DNA of 64,000 nucleotides, from the IMG/VR virus record IMGVR_UViG_3300028833_000118, positions 25,388 to 89,387 of that record; one strand, given 5' to 3'. Positions 27,882 through 36,938 of this stretch are shown here, piece by piece. The stretch comes from a virus. Taxonomy: Duplodnaviria > Caudoviricetes. The notes beneath the pieces are model-generated. The model worked only from the letters and a program-made list of their open reading frames with translations. It was not told the origin of the DNA and did not search any database. The stretch's first letter is position 1, and every line of letters begins with the position of its first letter. Made by a program: the position numbers and the translations under genes.

Positions 27882-28196
27882 TTATTCAACCTCCTTAAAC
27901 CATTTGTCGTAATCATCCGCAGGGCAATACCCGGCGATACTCTCAAAGAACTCTTTGCCCTTCCGCAGCTTTCTTTCACAGACCTTTTCATCCGGGTCAT
28001 CACACTTCACGATCACACACCCATACCCGGAAGGCGCGGGAAGAATCTCAATCTCATAATCCATGACCTCGGAAAACTCTTTTTCTCCCTCTTCGGTCAG
28101 CTCCATAGGCCCACAGAAAGCGATTGCAATTTCCTCGCAAACATCGTCATACACATCAATGTCCCCATCCATTTTCAGCAGATCACGAACCTTCAT
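27882..28196 (-). CDS. Hypothetical protein
   Basis: ATGA overlap. Confidence 0.75.
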   Translation of the reverse strand: MKVRDLLKMDGDIDVYDDVCEEIAIAFCGPMELTEEGEKEFSEVMDYEIEILPAPSGYGCVIVKCDDPDEKVCERKLRKGKEFFESIAGYCPADDYDKWFKEVE

Positions 28197-28642
28197 TCTT
28201 CTTCCTCCTCTTCCCAATACTCTTCCTCATCATCCTCATCCTCATAGTGGGTATCTTCCCACTCTCGACAATCCCACATGTCCTCATCATTCTTCTCATT
28301 GAACAAATCCGGGTTCTTCTCCAGATAATCCACAATGAGCTCTTCCAGAACATTCAGGCCCGCATCATAGACCTTTTCAGAATAGCAACCCCAGATCCCC
28401 CAAACGGCATCAGCGATCTCATCCGGGCACTTATTCATCAAATACCGGGCGGCAGCATTACACGTCTCATTCCCATATCCAACGCCCACTTGATCGCCAT
28501 CATTAAACCAACGATAACCGATCCGGCAGATGGCCCGAACGATCTCTCCACCGACGGTATCGGCCTTACCGCTCATCGGAACATACTGCTCAAACATCTC
28601 ATTGATCTTCTTCATCGCAACCGTTTCATCAAACATTCTCAA
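28193..28642 (-). CDS. Hypothetical protein with acidic tail
   Basis: ADTVGGEIVRAICRIGYRWFNDGD. Confidence 0.8.
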   Translation of the reverse strand: MRMFDETVAMKKINEMFEQYVPMSGKADTVGGEIVRAICRIGYRWFNDGDQVGVGYGNETCNAAARYLMNKCPDEIADAVWGIWGCYSEKVYDAGLNVLEELIVDYLEKNPDLFNEKNDEDMWDCREWEDTHYEDEDDEEEYWEEEEEE

Positions 28643-28662
28643 ACCCTCCCTTGAGCTTCAAG

Positions 28663-28680
28663 CACTTTATTCAAATAAAC
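28663..28680. promoter_or_regulatory. Palindromic operator A, copy 2
   Basis: Identical to 16063-16080; intergenic. Confidence 0.6.
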
Positions 28681-28693
28681 ATCCGGACAAAAA

Positions 28694-28972
28694 TTAAGTC
28701 ACACTGAAACGGCGACCTTTGACTTCCTTCACATATTCGGCATACATCTCAGGCTCCGCCTTTCTGAACCCGGTGCTGTCGAAACGCTGAGACACATAAG
28801 GAGTCCAACGAACAACACGGTTTCCAACCTCAAGCTCCGTCACGCCGCGCCGATCCATCTCGCCCTTCATCTCATTCTCAAGGCGTTCCTTGCGGGCCTT
28901 AATCTCTTTCTCAAGAACTTCGACCTCATCCCATTCGATCAACTTACGCATCAGGCTCTTTTTGTTAATCAT
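28694..28972 (-). CDS. Hypothetical protein
   Basis: RFDSTGFRKAEPEMYAEY; promoter TAGACA-17-TATTAT upstream. Confidence 0.75.
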   Translation of the reverse strand: MINKKSLMRKLIEWDEVEVLEKEIKARKERLENEMKGEMDRRGVTELEVGNRVVRWTPYVSQRFDSTGFRKAEPEMYAEYVKEVKGRRFSVT

Positions 28973-29094
28973 TCCGATGCCTCCTATCTCAAACATCTCA
29001 CTAACTCTCCCGATCACGCCATAATAATACCAAATGCTTTATTTAGTGTCTATTGACTTTATTAACGTAAATATCCCGTCATTGTTGTTCATTG

Positions 29095-29310
29095 TTAACA
29101 AACTCTCATTTTCTCTGAAACCTCATACCTTTTCACAAGTATGCTGGGCTCTTTTTCTCTTCCCAATTTCTTAAATGATCCATCGATATACTCATACAGA
29201 TAATACCATTCCCTCGCCGCCTTGCTTGTAACAATGAACAATAATTCTCCCTTTTTATTATAATAACCCGCCCAGACGATTTCACCGGGCGGGTATTTCA
29301 CTTTTTCCAA
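29095..29310 (-). CDS. Hypothetical protein
   Basis: Tiles. Confidence 0.7.
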   Translation of the reverse strand: MEKVKYPPGEIVWAGYYNKKGELLFIVTSKAAREWYYLYEYIDGSFKKLGREKEPSILVKRYEVSEKMRVC

Positions 29311-29510
29311 TATTCTCCTCCTGTCACTAGATCTCTGACCTCTTCATACGTCATGTTCGGAACGACACAATTTTCTTCATAATCTCCGAGGTCTATTACA
29401 ATGTTCCCCTCATACTCATACACGCTCTGGATATAATCTACATTCACCAGAATCGGTTTATTACTAACTGCCCCATTCACTTCAATCCATTTCATTCTCT
29501 TGTCCTTCAT
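29298..29510 (-). CDS. Hypothetical protein
   Basis: Tiles. Confidence 0.7.
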   Translation of the reverse strand: MKDKRMKWIEVNGAVSNKPILVNVDYIQSVYEYEGNIVIDLGDYEENCVVPNMTYEEVRDLVTGGEYWKK

Positions 29511-29944
29511 TCAATTATTCCCCACTCGCGCCAAAGCTCATGTACTTTTTTCCTCTTTTTAGCCTCTACAGCAAGACGATCATTACCATTATCATCTTCC
29601 ATATCCTCTATTGCGATATACGCCGAAGGTCTTACCGCACTGTCATCCCAATACTCGTTGGCAAAGATCTTCCTTGTATCTTCATATCCCCATGCTTCAA
29701 GGACTTCCGGCAAATTCTCATTCACCGCATCGAACTCCAGACCATGCAATCTGCACCACGCAACGGCGGCAGCTAACTCATCCCCACTTCTGCAAGTCCA
29801 CAGAATGATCTTATCGCCATTTTCTTTCCTGCTCTTGACCATATCCATTACCGGCTTGTTTACTGGCCCCACATCGGGCCAATCTCCCAAAGACAAGGTT
29901 TTATCGAAATCCACGGCGATAATCATATCTCTTCGATCTCCCAA
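29507..29944 (-). CDS. HAD-superfamily hydrolase (capless, small)
   Basis: IAVDFDKTL (DxD), ILWTCR, KIFANEYWDD. Confidence 0.85.
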   Translation of the reverse strand: MGDRRDMIIAVDFDKTLSLGDWPDVGPVNKPVMDMVKSRKENGDKIILWTCRSGDELAAAVAWCRLHGLEFDAVNENLPEVLEAWGYEDTRKIFANEYWDDSAVRPSAYIAIEDMEDDNGNDRLAVEAKKRKKVHELWREWGIIE

Positions 29945-30195
29945 TCTTTCTCGGCATACATAGTTTTTCTCATATCACTTGTGGAAAGTTCACCGAATAA
30001 ATGACATTTCATATTCTTTATGAACCTCTCATTAAAGAAATCCAACCACTCATCTGACATATCACAATCACACCCTATTGTATATATCATCACATCCATA
30101 AAATCTCTCCTACCTTCATACAGGCCCTTTTGGTACGCCTTATCAACATCCGCCTGTGTACGAGGGATTTTATTCGGGTTTGTTTTCTTTCCCAT
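29923..30195 (-). CDS. Hypothetical protein
   Basis: MGKKTNPNKIPRTQADVDKA. Confidence 0.75.
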   Translation of the reverse strand: MGKKTNPNKIPRTQADVDKAYQKGLYEGRRDFMDVMIYTIGCDCDMSDEWLDFFNERFIKNMKCHLFGELSTSDMRKTMYAEKDWEIEEI

Positions 30196-30199
30196 CCTT

Positions 30200-30409
30200 T
30201 TACATCTCCAGATTCAAGAATTTCTTGTCCAAATCTACATGAAGCCTATGTCTCTCATTCCAACAATCATTACACAACTCGCACCGATAACCGACAAACC
30301 AGATCTCACCATCCTCATCCCTCTCTGTGAAACAATCATCTGTCATCATTTCATTTGTCGGCAAATACGTGATATCTTTCCCGCAATGGTCACAGAATAT
30401 CTTCCTCAT
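30200..30409 (-). CDS. Small Zn-ribbon protein
   Basis: FCDHCG...ELCNDC. Confidence 0.7.
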   Translation of the reverse strand: MRKIFCDHCGKDITYLPTNEMMTDDCFTERDEDGEIWFVGYRCELCNDCWNERHRLHVDLDKKFLNLEM

Positions 30410-30417
30410 AATTCACC

Positions 30418-30765
30418 TCAAAACACGGTATACTCATCCGTGTTCAACATCTTCAATTCCTCAAAACCATCATACTCAGAAATGCGAAACGGTTCTCCCT
30501 TCACCACCCACTTTAATACAAGATTCTTGAAACCTCCAAAATACACACCTTTATAACCCCAACTATTAAACAACTCTTCCGCCTTGCTTGCTTCCTCCCC
30601 AAAAAGCAGATCATCCTTTTTGTGATTCAGCCAATACTCAATCACCCTTTTGTCATACGCCAACTGCGGACAATTCCACGTAGACCAACCCGCACCGAAT
30701 CCGGGGCTTACAAGGACTCCGACCTTTCCATTTTTCTGATACAACTCAGTTCCTTTATAGAACAT
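30418..30765 (-). CDS. Hypothetical protein
   Basis: VLVSPGFGAGWSTW...FRISEYDGFE. Confidence 0.75.
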   Translation of the reverse strand: MFYKGTELYQKNGKVGVLVSPGFGAGWSTWNCPQLAYDKRVIEYWLNHKKDDLLFGEEASKAEELFNSWGYKGVYFGGFKNLVLKWVVKGEPFRISEYDGFEELKMLNTDEYTVF

Positions 30766-30781
30766 CGAAATTCCCCCTGTC

Positions 30782-31408
30782 TTAAATAACTCCTTTATAT
30801 GTTCTCCACGTGGGTACATAACTATCATCCGCCTGATCTCCCCACATATCCCATCCTTCTCTCATTCCTCTGGCAAACAATTCAATGTACGGCCCCGCAG
30901 AACACTTTTCAATGATCGAAATAACCTCATCCGGTTTTCTCGAATGTTCCCTTTTCTGTGCTCTCACAATATTCACTTGCGAACGCGCAGGGGCCAACGT
31001 CCTATTGGGTGCTCCCTTGATTCCGAACAAAAGAATCTCCGTGACATTCCTGAAATAGAACCCTACACCCCTTCCATCCGGCAAACCATCTTTTCTTACC
31101 TTCTCCCATATTATGTTTCCTTTATACTGAAACCCCCATGCTTCCATCACCCTTAAGCCATCAGGCAACAGCGCATTCGGAACCCATAGATACAAATGCG
31201 CTTTTTCTGCGGCAATCTCTTCGACCGGCAAACCCATGATCTCTTCCATCGAAAGCGTATTATACCTATTTAATCTCTTGTGTTCCGGGGCGATCTTCCC
31301 CGTTCGGTTTTGAAATCTCCATGGAGGGTCGACTAAAATCGTTCGGTATTTTTCCCCCCCACAGAAATTCAACAAACTCTCATTCGTTTCAATCCCCATG
31401 CAACTCAA
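30782..31408 (-). CDS. MT-A70 family N6-adenine methyltransferase (orphan)
   Basis: ILVDPPW, HLYLWVPN, IIWEK, REHSRKPD, IELFAR. Confidence 0.92.
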   Translation of the reverse strand: MSCMGIETNESLLNFCGGEKYRTILVDPPWRFQNRTGKIAPEHKRLNRYNTLSMEEIMGLPVEEIAAEKAHLYLWVPNALLPDGLRVMEAWGFQYKGNIIWEKVRKDGLPDGRGVGFYFRNVTEILLFGIKGAPNRTLAPARSQVNIVRAQKREHSRKPDEVISIIEKCSAGPYIELFARGMREGWDMWGDQADDSYVPTWRTYKGVI

Positions 31409-31665
31409 AACCCTTCTTTCCTCTCATGCCTCTCATCATCCGACTCCAACCCCTGTATCGTTTCCTGCAACTTCAAGCAAAGATTACTCAGATCCATCCG
31501 ACTCTTTTGCAGATATTCGATGGCATCAGCGGCTTCGCGCATAGTCTTTAATGTTGTATACGGTACGCACGTCTCAGAGCGCAGTTGCTTTACCAATTCG
31601 GCATAATCCATCAATCCACCTTCTTCCACTCTCGATTTTTTTGATCTAACAGACTCAGCTTCCAC
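31405..31665 (-). CDS. Hypothetical coiled-coil protein
   Basis: MREAADAIE motif; tiles. Confidence 0.6.
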   Translation of the reverse strand: MEAESVRSKKSRVEEGGLMDYAELVKQLRSETCVPYTTLKTMREAADAIEYLQKSRMDLSNLCLKLQETIQGLESDDERHERKEGF

Positions 31666-31793
31666 TCACGCCACTTCGGATCTGCTTCGGTGCAGTACAT
31701 GCAGGTGCGCTCATCGACGCCCCATCTCTCATTCGGATGAAGTGAGCACATCGTAATAGATGCATTCCCATCTCGCTCAAAATACATAGGCAT
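31611..31793 (-). CDS. Hypothetical protein
   Basis: Tiles. Confidence 0.5.
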   Translation of the reverse strand: MPMYFERDGNASITMCSLHPNERWGVDERTCMYCTEADPKWREWKLSLLDQKNREWKKVD

Positions 31794-31877
31794 ATCCGAC
31801 GGCTCTTAATGTTCCATCCTTTTCTTCCTCATACTTCGTATACAGAGACAACCCTGTATTGTCACTACCGATCTCAC

Positions 31878-32036
31878 TCATTTCAATTCCTCTACATACA
31901 TCCAACTCATCGGCGGACGCTTCACCTGATACTTCCAATCCGCTGTCGCTCCACAATATGGGAATCTCTTACAATTGGTACTGCAATACGGCTTCTGGCA
32001 CACCACCCAAAAATCTTCCAACTTTTTCGGCACATC
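31878..32036 (-). pseudogene. 3' remnant of an ASCH-like gene interrupted by the methyltransferase
   Basis: Manual translation DVPKKLEDFW...KRPPMSWMYVEELK*, matching the C-terminus of phage ASCH-like proteins. Confidence 0.65.
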
Positions 32037-32057
32037 TTCGGTCGCATCCTTTTCTTG

Positions 32058-33122
32058 TTAAGAATAGCTACATTCAAATCCATTTTCTGAATAACGGATA
32101 TCGGTTATTCGCTCAACGTGCAAAGCCGTTTCTTGTCTCGTTTTTACAAAAAATCCATGTGGTATGTTTATATAGCACTTCTCTTTTTTATCTGTTGGCA
32201 ATTCCTCAATAAATGCCATATGATCTGACAAACGCTTGTCGATAACGGCATTAAGGTCAGCCAAGCGAGAATTTATATACTCTTCTGCAAGTGCTGTTAT
32301 ATCTGCCGAAATCTCAACTCCAATACTGTTTCTTTGAGCAGCCATACATGCAAGCGTGGTTGTTCCCATCCCACAAAAAGGATCCAAAATAATATCGCCT
32401 TTTACAGAATACATATTTATCAAACGATACGGAATATCAAAAGGGAATGATGCATTTCGTGTTCTTTCTGCATTCTTTTTTGCGATTTGTTGAGATGTTC
32501 CTTTAATATCCCACAAATCTGAAAACCACACGTTTCTTTCTTCCCAAAAATAAGCGCTCTCTTGCCGAGCTTTTTTGGAATCCCCATTAAAAACACGCTT
32601 GTTCCCTTTCCTGAAAATCAAGATGTATTCATGTTCATAAGTAACATACGCTCCCGCAGGATACATTCCTGATCCCATAAACTTATTGGGGGCGTTTGAC
32701 TGCTTTCTCCAATGAATATCAGGAAGAACAGTATATCCCATCTTCAAAAAAGACTGAATAATTCTTGAATGATTAGAAAAAAGTGCAAATGAACCGTCTA
32801 TAGTTCTTGTAGCATCTCCAATGTTTATGCAAACAAAACCATTATCTATCAAAACGCGGTCGCACTCTTTCCATACTTCATCAAGAACACGATGCATTTT
32901 CTCAAAAGCCTCATAGCAAGCACCAGAGTGTAGAGCATCAGAAATTGTATTATCTTGTGAAGCGAACTGCTCATCCCACATTTCTATCATCGGATAAGGC
33001 GGAGAAGTCACCACAAGATGTAAAGAATTATCTGGAATACAACTAATAGCGTTAGCATTCATGTTGAGAATCTTGTGTGTTGTTTTCATTGGGAAATCCC
33101 TTTCTGCGTTCATTTTTCCCAT
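32058..33122 (-). CDS. Beta-class amino-methyltransferase (N4-C/N6-A), orphan
   Basis: VVTSPPY catalytic motif preceding ILDPFCGMGTT SAM-binding motif; more AT-rich than the flanks. Confidence 0.92.
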   Translation of the reverse strand: MGKMNAERDFPMKTTHKILNMNANAISCIPDNSLHLVVTSPPYPMIEMWDEQFASQDNTISDALHSGACYEAFEKMHRVLDEVWKECDRVLIDNGFVCINIGDATRTIDGSFALFSNHSRIIQSFLKMGYTVLPDIHWRKQSNAPNKFMGSGMYPAGAYVTYEHEYILIFRKGNKRVFNGDSKKARQESAYFWEERNVWFSDLWDIKGTSQQIAKKNAERTRNASFPFDIPYRLINMYSVKGDIILDPFCGMGTTTLACMAAQRNSIGVEISADITALAEEYINSRLADLNAVIDKRLSDHMAFIEELPTDKKEKCYINIPHGFFVKTRQETALHVERITDIRYSENGFECSYS

Positions 33123-33156
33123 TCGGTCTGACAGACAACAGAACCGCTTGCCCCAT
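33121..33156 (-). pseudogene. 5' remnant of the ASCH-like gene
   Basis: ATG overlapping the upstream TAA (TAATG) reads MGQAVLLSVRP, the typical ASCH-like N-terminus, then diverges. Confidence 0.6.
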
Positions 33157-33581
33157 TACCACTCTCTCACTTTCTGGTGCAACGTCTCTGCTCCATCATA
33201 ATCGTCAATGACATATTCCATGCCATCCGGGATCTCTACCACAACCAGATTCGACACATTTGAACTCGCCTTATCTCCGAGCTCTTCCACCACCTCTACC
33301 AAGACCGGATCTTCCCTATAATCATCTCTCAGAACCAACGCATATTTCTCATAATCATCATTACCGATCTCTACATTTTCCCCGAAATCCCTTGTGAAAT
33401 ACTGCACCCACATATTATCATTCTCACAATCATCCGCCTTTTTGTATCTCACCCGGCTAAATCCGGACACATAATCCATTATATATGGATAGACCTCAAT
33501 TCCTTTCTTTTTGGCATACAACCTATACGCCTCCACAGAAGGGTGAAACCCACCATAACACTTATTCAATATTACCTTCAC
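33156..33581 (-). CDS. Hypothetical protein
   Basis: MKVILNKCYGGF...YVIDDYDGAE. Confidence 0.8.
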   Translation of the reverse strand: MKVILNKCYGGFHPSVEAYRLYAKKKGIEVYPYIMDYVSGFSRVRYKKADDCENDNMWVQYFTRDFGENVEIGNDDYEKYALVLRDDYREDPVLVEVVEELGDKASSNVSNLVVVEIPDGMEYVIDDYDGAETLHQKVREW

Positions 33582-33613
33582 ACCAATTCTCCTTTACTCA
33601 CATCAACAACAGA

Positions 33614-34150
33614 TTAAAAAATATCATAAGATCCGAGCTTTGCAAAAAGCTCTCCAACTTCCGGCATTTTTGAGCTCGTTCTTGTCACGCCATCATAGGC
33701 TACTCTCTGTGTTGACCCATCTTTATTCAAAACATCTACCCACATTCCATCTACGGCAATAACAACGCCGAACATACTGCGAACTTTCACAACATCTCCA
33801 ACCTTGAAATTGCTTTCCTCATCATACTTTTTGATTGCCTCAATCGCATCTTCTGGCTTTACGCTCCGAAGCATCTCCCAAAGATTCCCCGTTCCATCCT
33901 TCAAGATGGCATGACGTACAGGCCAATCCTCTTCCACGATCCGAATCGCGGCATTCCACGCATCATTCAGGCCCTTCTTATATACATCCGAATTTACCGC
34001 AACATCCACGATCAATTCATCAGCGGCCTGTCTCAGAACATCCGGCAGATCCACGGGAACTTCCCAAATGTTTCCCTCGGCCCAATCTGCATACTCCCGG
34101 CACTTTTCAACCAACTCTTCAATATTCATCGTCTCATCTGCCATATTCAT
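33614..34150 (-). CDS. Hypothetical protein (KOW-like C-terminus)
   Basis: FKVGDVVKV...GVVIAV. Confidence 0.7.
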   Translation of the reverse strand: MNMADETMNIEELVEKCREYADWAEGNIWEVPVDLPDVLRQAADELIVDVAVNSDVYKKGLNDAWNAAIRIVEEDWPVRHAILKDGTGNLWEMLRSVKPEDAIEAIKKYDEESNFKVGDVVKVRSMFGVVIAVDGMWVDVLNKDGSTQRVAYDGVTRTSSKMPEVGELFAKLGSYDIF

Positions 34151-34349
34151 CCCCCCACTTCTTCATCTCTGCCAATGCGACCGCCACTTTATTCTGACAC
34201 TCAGAACACAAAATCACATGATTTTTATCATCCATACTGTGCCGAAACGGCACCATCTCCAACTCCCACCAATCGCTTTTTAGTCCAGACTCTACGAACG
34301 CCTCTCTCCCACACAATTCGCAGGTTAACCAATATCCTTCCTTCTTCAT
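34134..34349 (-). CDS. Small Zn-ribbon protein
   Basis: TCELCG...LCSEC. Confidence 0.65.
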   Translation of the reverse strand: MKKEGYWLTCELCGREAFVESGLKSDWWELEMVPFRHSMDDKNHVILCSECQNKVAVALAEMKKWGDEYGR

Positions 34350-34543
34350 GCACTCTTCCTCCATTCCTCGTGTAACCTCTTCTGCTCTTCGATCCAATCA
34401 TCATCAACATCCTTATAACACTTGATCCCATGATTGCAGACCACACAGAGCTTCGCCCCATTATACTTGTTGATAATCCTCCACCCATTCTTTCCATACG
34501 AAACCGCATGGCAATTCGGGCACACATTAACCATCTTTACCAC
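34346..34543 (-). CDS. Small Cys-rich hypothetical protein
   Basis: CPNC...CVVC. Confidence 0.6.
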   Translation of the reverse strand: MVKMVNVCPNCHAVSYGKNGWRIINKYNGAKLCVVCNHGIKCYKDVDDDWIEEQKRLHEEWRKSA

Positions 34544-35124
34544 CCCATGAAAAGCATGGACTTATTGTCCCAATCAAAGGTCTTATAGATCCTAACCAAA
34601 TCGAAAAACGTGTGTTCATACAACCAAGAATGTACCAAATTATCATGTTCCATATTGAGGTCAGCCGGGCCATACTCCCACCATCTCAGATAATCTTTTG
34701 CATTCTCAATCAACCTATCCAACTGCGGTCTTGAATCCCATTCCCGGGCAGATTTTTCTCTAAGCAGATCTCTATACATCTCAATGATGTGATTTCTCTG
34801 CCACTCAATCGCACATAAAACCCCTTCTGGATCAAGAACGATTGCGCCATAGTCTCTGTAATACTCATTCAACTCCTCAGATGTGAACAGACTATCTCCA
34901 TGCTTGTACATCTCATCCGAATTCTCATAATACTTCCCGAACTCAAAGAGCTCATCCCCGATATGATGAAGCGACACATAATAATGTTCATTGAACGGAT
35001 CATACTCCACGATGTCATTCCGGAACTTCTGCATGTTCTTGATGAATTCTTCATTGGTCTTGCATTTTCTGATCTCATCGACCAACCATGTATCTACCGA
35101 ATAAAGGTACTGCCTATAACCCAT
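34537..35124 (-). CDS. Hypothetical protein
   Basis: MGYRQY...ends FMGW. Confidence 0.8.
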   Translation of the reverse strand: MGYRQYLYSVDTWLVDEIRKCKTNEEFIKNMQKFRNDIVEYDPFNEHYYVSLHHIGDELFEFGKYYENSDEMYKHGDSLFTSEELNEYYRDYGAIVLDPEGVLCAIEWQRNHIIEMYRDLLREKSAREWDSRPQLDRLIENAKDYLRWWEYGPADLNMEHDNLVHSWLYEHTFFDLVRIYKTFDWDNKSMLFMGW

Positions 35125-35387
35125 TATTCCATCAACCCTTCCTTCGTATCTGCGATTTTTACGATCCTCCCCGTCTTATCTTCCTGCTTGATCCATACCA
35201 ACGGCGTATAACACGCAAACATGGTTCTTGATTCCTCATCCTCTGCCAATAACTTCAAGAGAGAAACAACACATTCTTTATACTGCTTCTTTGATTTGCA
35301 ATAATGATCTATCAACCTTTCCCCTTGAAAAAAGTTGTACAGATCCAATATTGCCTTGTGATACCCTCCAGAGTAGTTGTCTAACAT
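35124..35387 (-). CDS. Hypothetical protein
   Basis: Tiles. Confidence 0.7.
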   Translation of the reverse strand: MLDNYSGGYHKAILDLYNFFQGERLIDHYCKSKKQYKECVVSLLKLLAEDEESRTMFACYTPLVWIKQEDKTGRIVKIADTKEGLME

Positions 35388-35770
35388 AAGCCAAGCTTCT
35401 CCGCCAACATCTGAGTCCTTGTATCAATTGCGATTTTTCTTGCAACATCTCTATCTCTGGCTACTATTTTGGCATAAAACTCATTACCATATCGAAAACC
35501 GAAATAATTCTCATACTTATCATCAAACGTCCATTCCTCATCCCCCTCAGAAATATCTCCATTTTCTAAAATGCAGAAATTCCAGACTCTTCTTGGCTCT
35601 CCTACAACAATATCATCTTCGGTATCATACACTTCTATGCGTGGTTCATCGCTCCAACTCTCTGACCTCGAATACCATTTTCTAAGGAGCTCTGCCCTGT
35701 CAGGGTCAACCGCGACAGCATTAATATGATAATCCGAATAACGACCGCTTGTAATTACATATACTTTCAT
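35381..35770 (-). CDS. Hypothetical protein
   Basis: MKVYVITSGRYSDYHI. Confidence 0.75.
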   Translation of the reverse strand: MKVYVITSGRYSDYHINAVAVDPDRAELLRKWYSRSESWSDEPRIEVYDTEDDIVVGEPRRVWNFCILENGDISEGDEEWTFDDKYENYFGFRYGNEFYAKIVARDRDVARKIAIDTRTQMLAEKLGLC

Positions 35771-35979
35771 TTTCCTTCCTCCCCAAACACCGACTCGATG
35801 TATGCTTTCAATTCCTCTTCATCCCATGATCCGACAGGCTCCGAACTCGGCATAAAGCCGAATACGCCATCATCTTCCCACCATTCTTCGCCACACCATA
35901 CTCCCGGCAAATCTCTCATAACGATCCTCCCTAAATGGTCTGTTGGGAGAGCCCCGCCGTGCCTGACGGGAACGATCAA
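35767..35979 (-). CDS. Hypothetical protein
   Basis: Tiles. Confidence 0.55.
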   Translation of the reverse strand: MIVPVRHGGALPTDHLGRIVMRDLPGVWCGEEWWEDDGVFGFMPSSEPVGSWDEEELKAYIESVFGEEGK

Positions 35980-36102
35980 CCTTTACTGATACCATAAGCC
36001 CATCACTCAAGACTCTCTTCTAATAACGCCTGACATACGATCCAGACGGTCGGCCTACTCTCTCAGATATTTCTTTGACCGCTTGCACTACTCTCCCAAC
36101 AA

Positions 36103-36187
36103 TGGTGCGCAAGGCGAGGTTCGAACTCGCACACCTTTCGGTATCTGATTTTAAGTCAGATGCGTCTACCTATTCCGCCACTCGCGC
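36103..36187 (-). tRNA. tRNA-Leu(TAA)
   Basis: GCGCGAG/CTTGCGC acceptor stem, TCTGA-CTTAAAA-TCAGA anticodon arm, long variable arm, CCA. Confidence 0.95.
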
Positions 36188-36421
36188 ATAGAACGGGACA
36201 TTGTTGCCATTCATCTTGCCATCGACTTCTGGCGGCTGGTGTTAGTCCCATTTACCAGCACTTCCCTCCTCAACGGGCGAGGTGTCCGGGATTCTTAAAG
36301 ATACGTACCTGACCTTTTGGGTGTCGCATCACCCTCACCGCCATATGCGACAGGCGGAGGCTTAATTCAACGGGCTTTCATCAGAGGTGCAACCCTAACC
36401 CTCACAGACCCTAGGCCCTGT

Positions 36422-36506
36422 TGGTACTCCCGGAGGGGCTCGAACCCTCACACCTCTCGGCACAGCATTTTGAGCGCTACGTGTCTACCAATTCCACCAC
36501 GGGAGC
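36422..36506 (-). tRNA. tRNA-Leu(CAA)
   Basis: GCTCCCG/CGGGAGT acceptor stem, CTCAAAA anticodon loop, long variable arm, GGTTCGAGCCC T-arm, CCA. Confidence 0.95.
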
Positions 36507-36863
36507 ATATAGTTTGTTCCGACACTTCTTTGCCAAATCTGAGCTCGGAACCGGGCGGGCAGAACCCCTCCATAGAGGTAACAAAGACCCGATCCGGATT
36601 TACTTTCTCACTCATCGTCCTCCGGTAAGGCGACTTTTTCGGAGTGAAAGCTACTCCCACCGATTCGATGATTCCCCAATCGATGCTAGGGGGGCTTATC
36701 TCGTTGCGCACCGACACATAAGCCAAGTGTTTTTCCACGGTAAAAGCGGGCAATAGAAACCCGTGGCATCGGGCATTTACAGCTACCCTCAGTTTTGGAT
36801 AACCATCTGTAAATGGATTACCCTCCCCTCAGCAACAAGGGGTTTTATCAACACCCACTATCA

Positions 36864-36938
36864 TGGTGGGCCCTCCGGGGGTCGAACCCGGGCAACACAG
36901 ATTATGAGTCTGCCGCTCTTCCTCTGAGCTAAGGGCCC
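36864..36938 (-). tRNA. tRNA with CAT anticodon, probably Ile2 (lysidine type) rather than fMet
   Basis: GGGCCCT/AGGGCCC acceptor with paired G1-C72 and C4-G69, C5-G68; CTCATAA loop; CCA. Confidence 0.9.

Noticed and set aside
36225-36310. HDV-like/theta ribozyme resemblance (CCTCGC loop, GGTAAATGGGAC) and a CTGATGA near 36370
   Set aside because: The position of the catalytic C is T, P1 and P2 pairing is weak, and the element is not directly at a tRNA 3' end; CTGATGA has no matching GAAA. Kept only as general structure.
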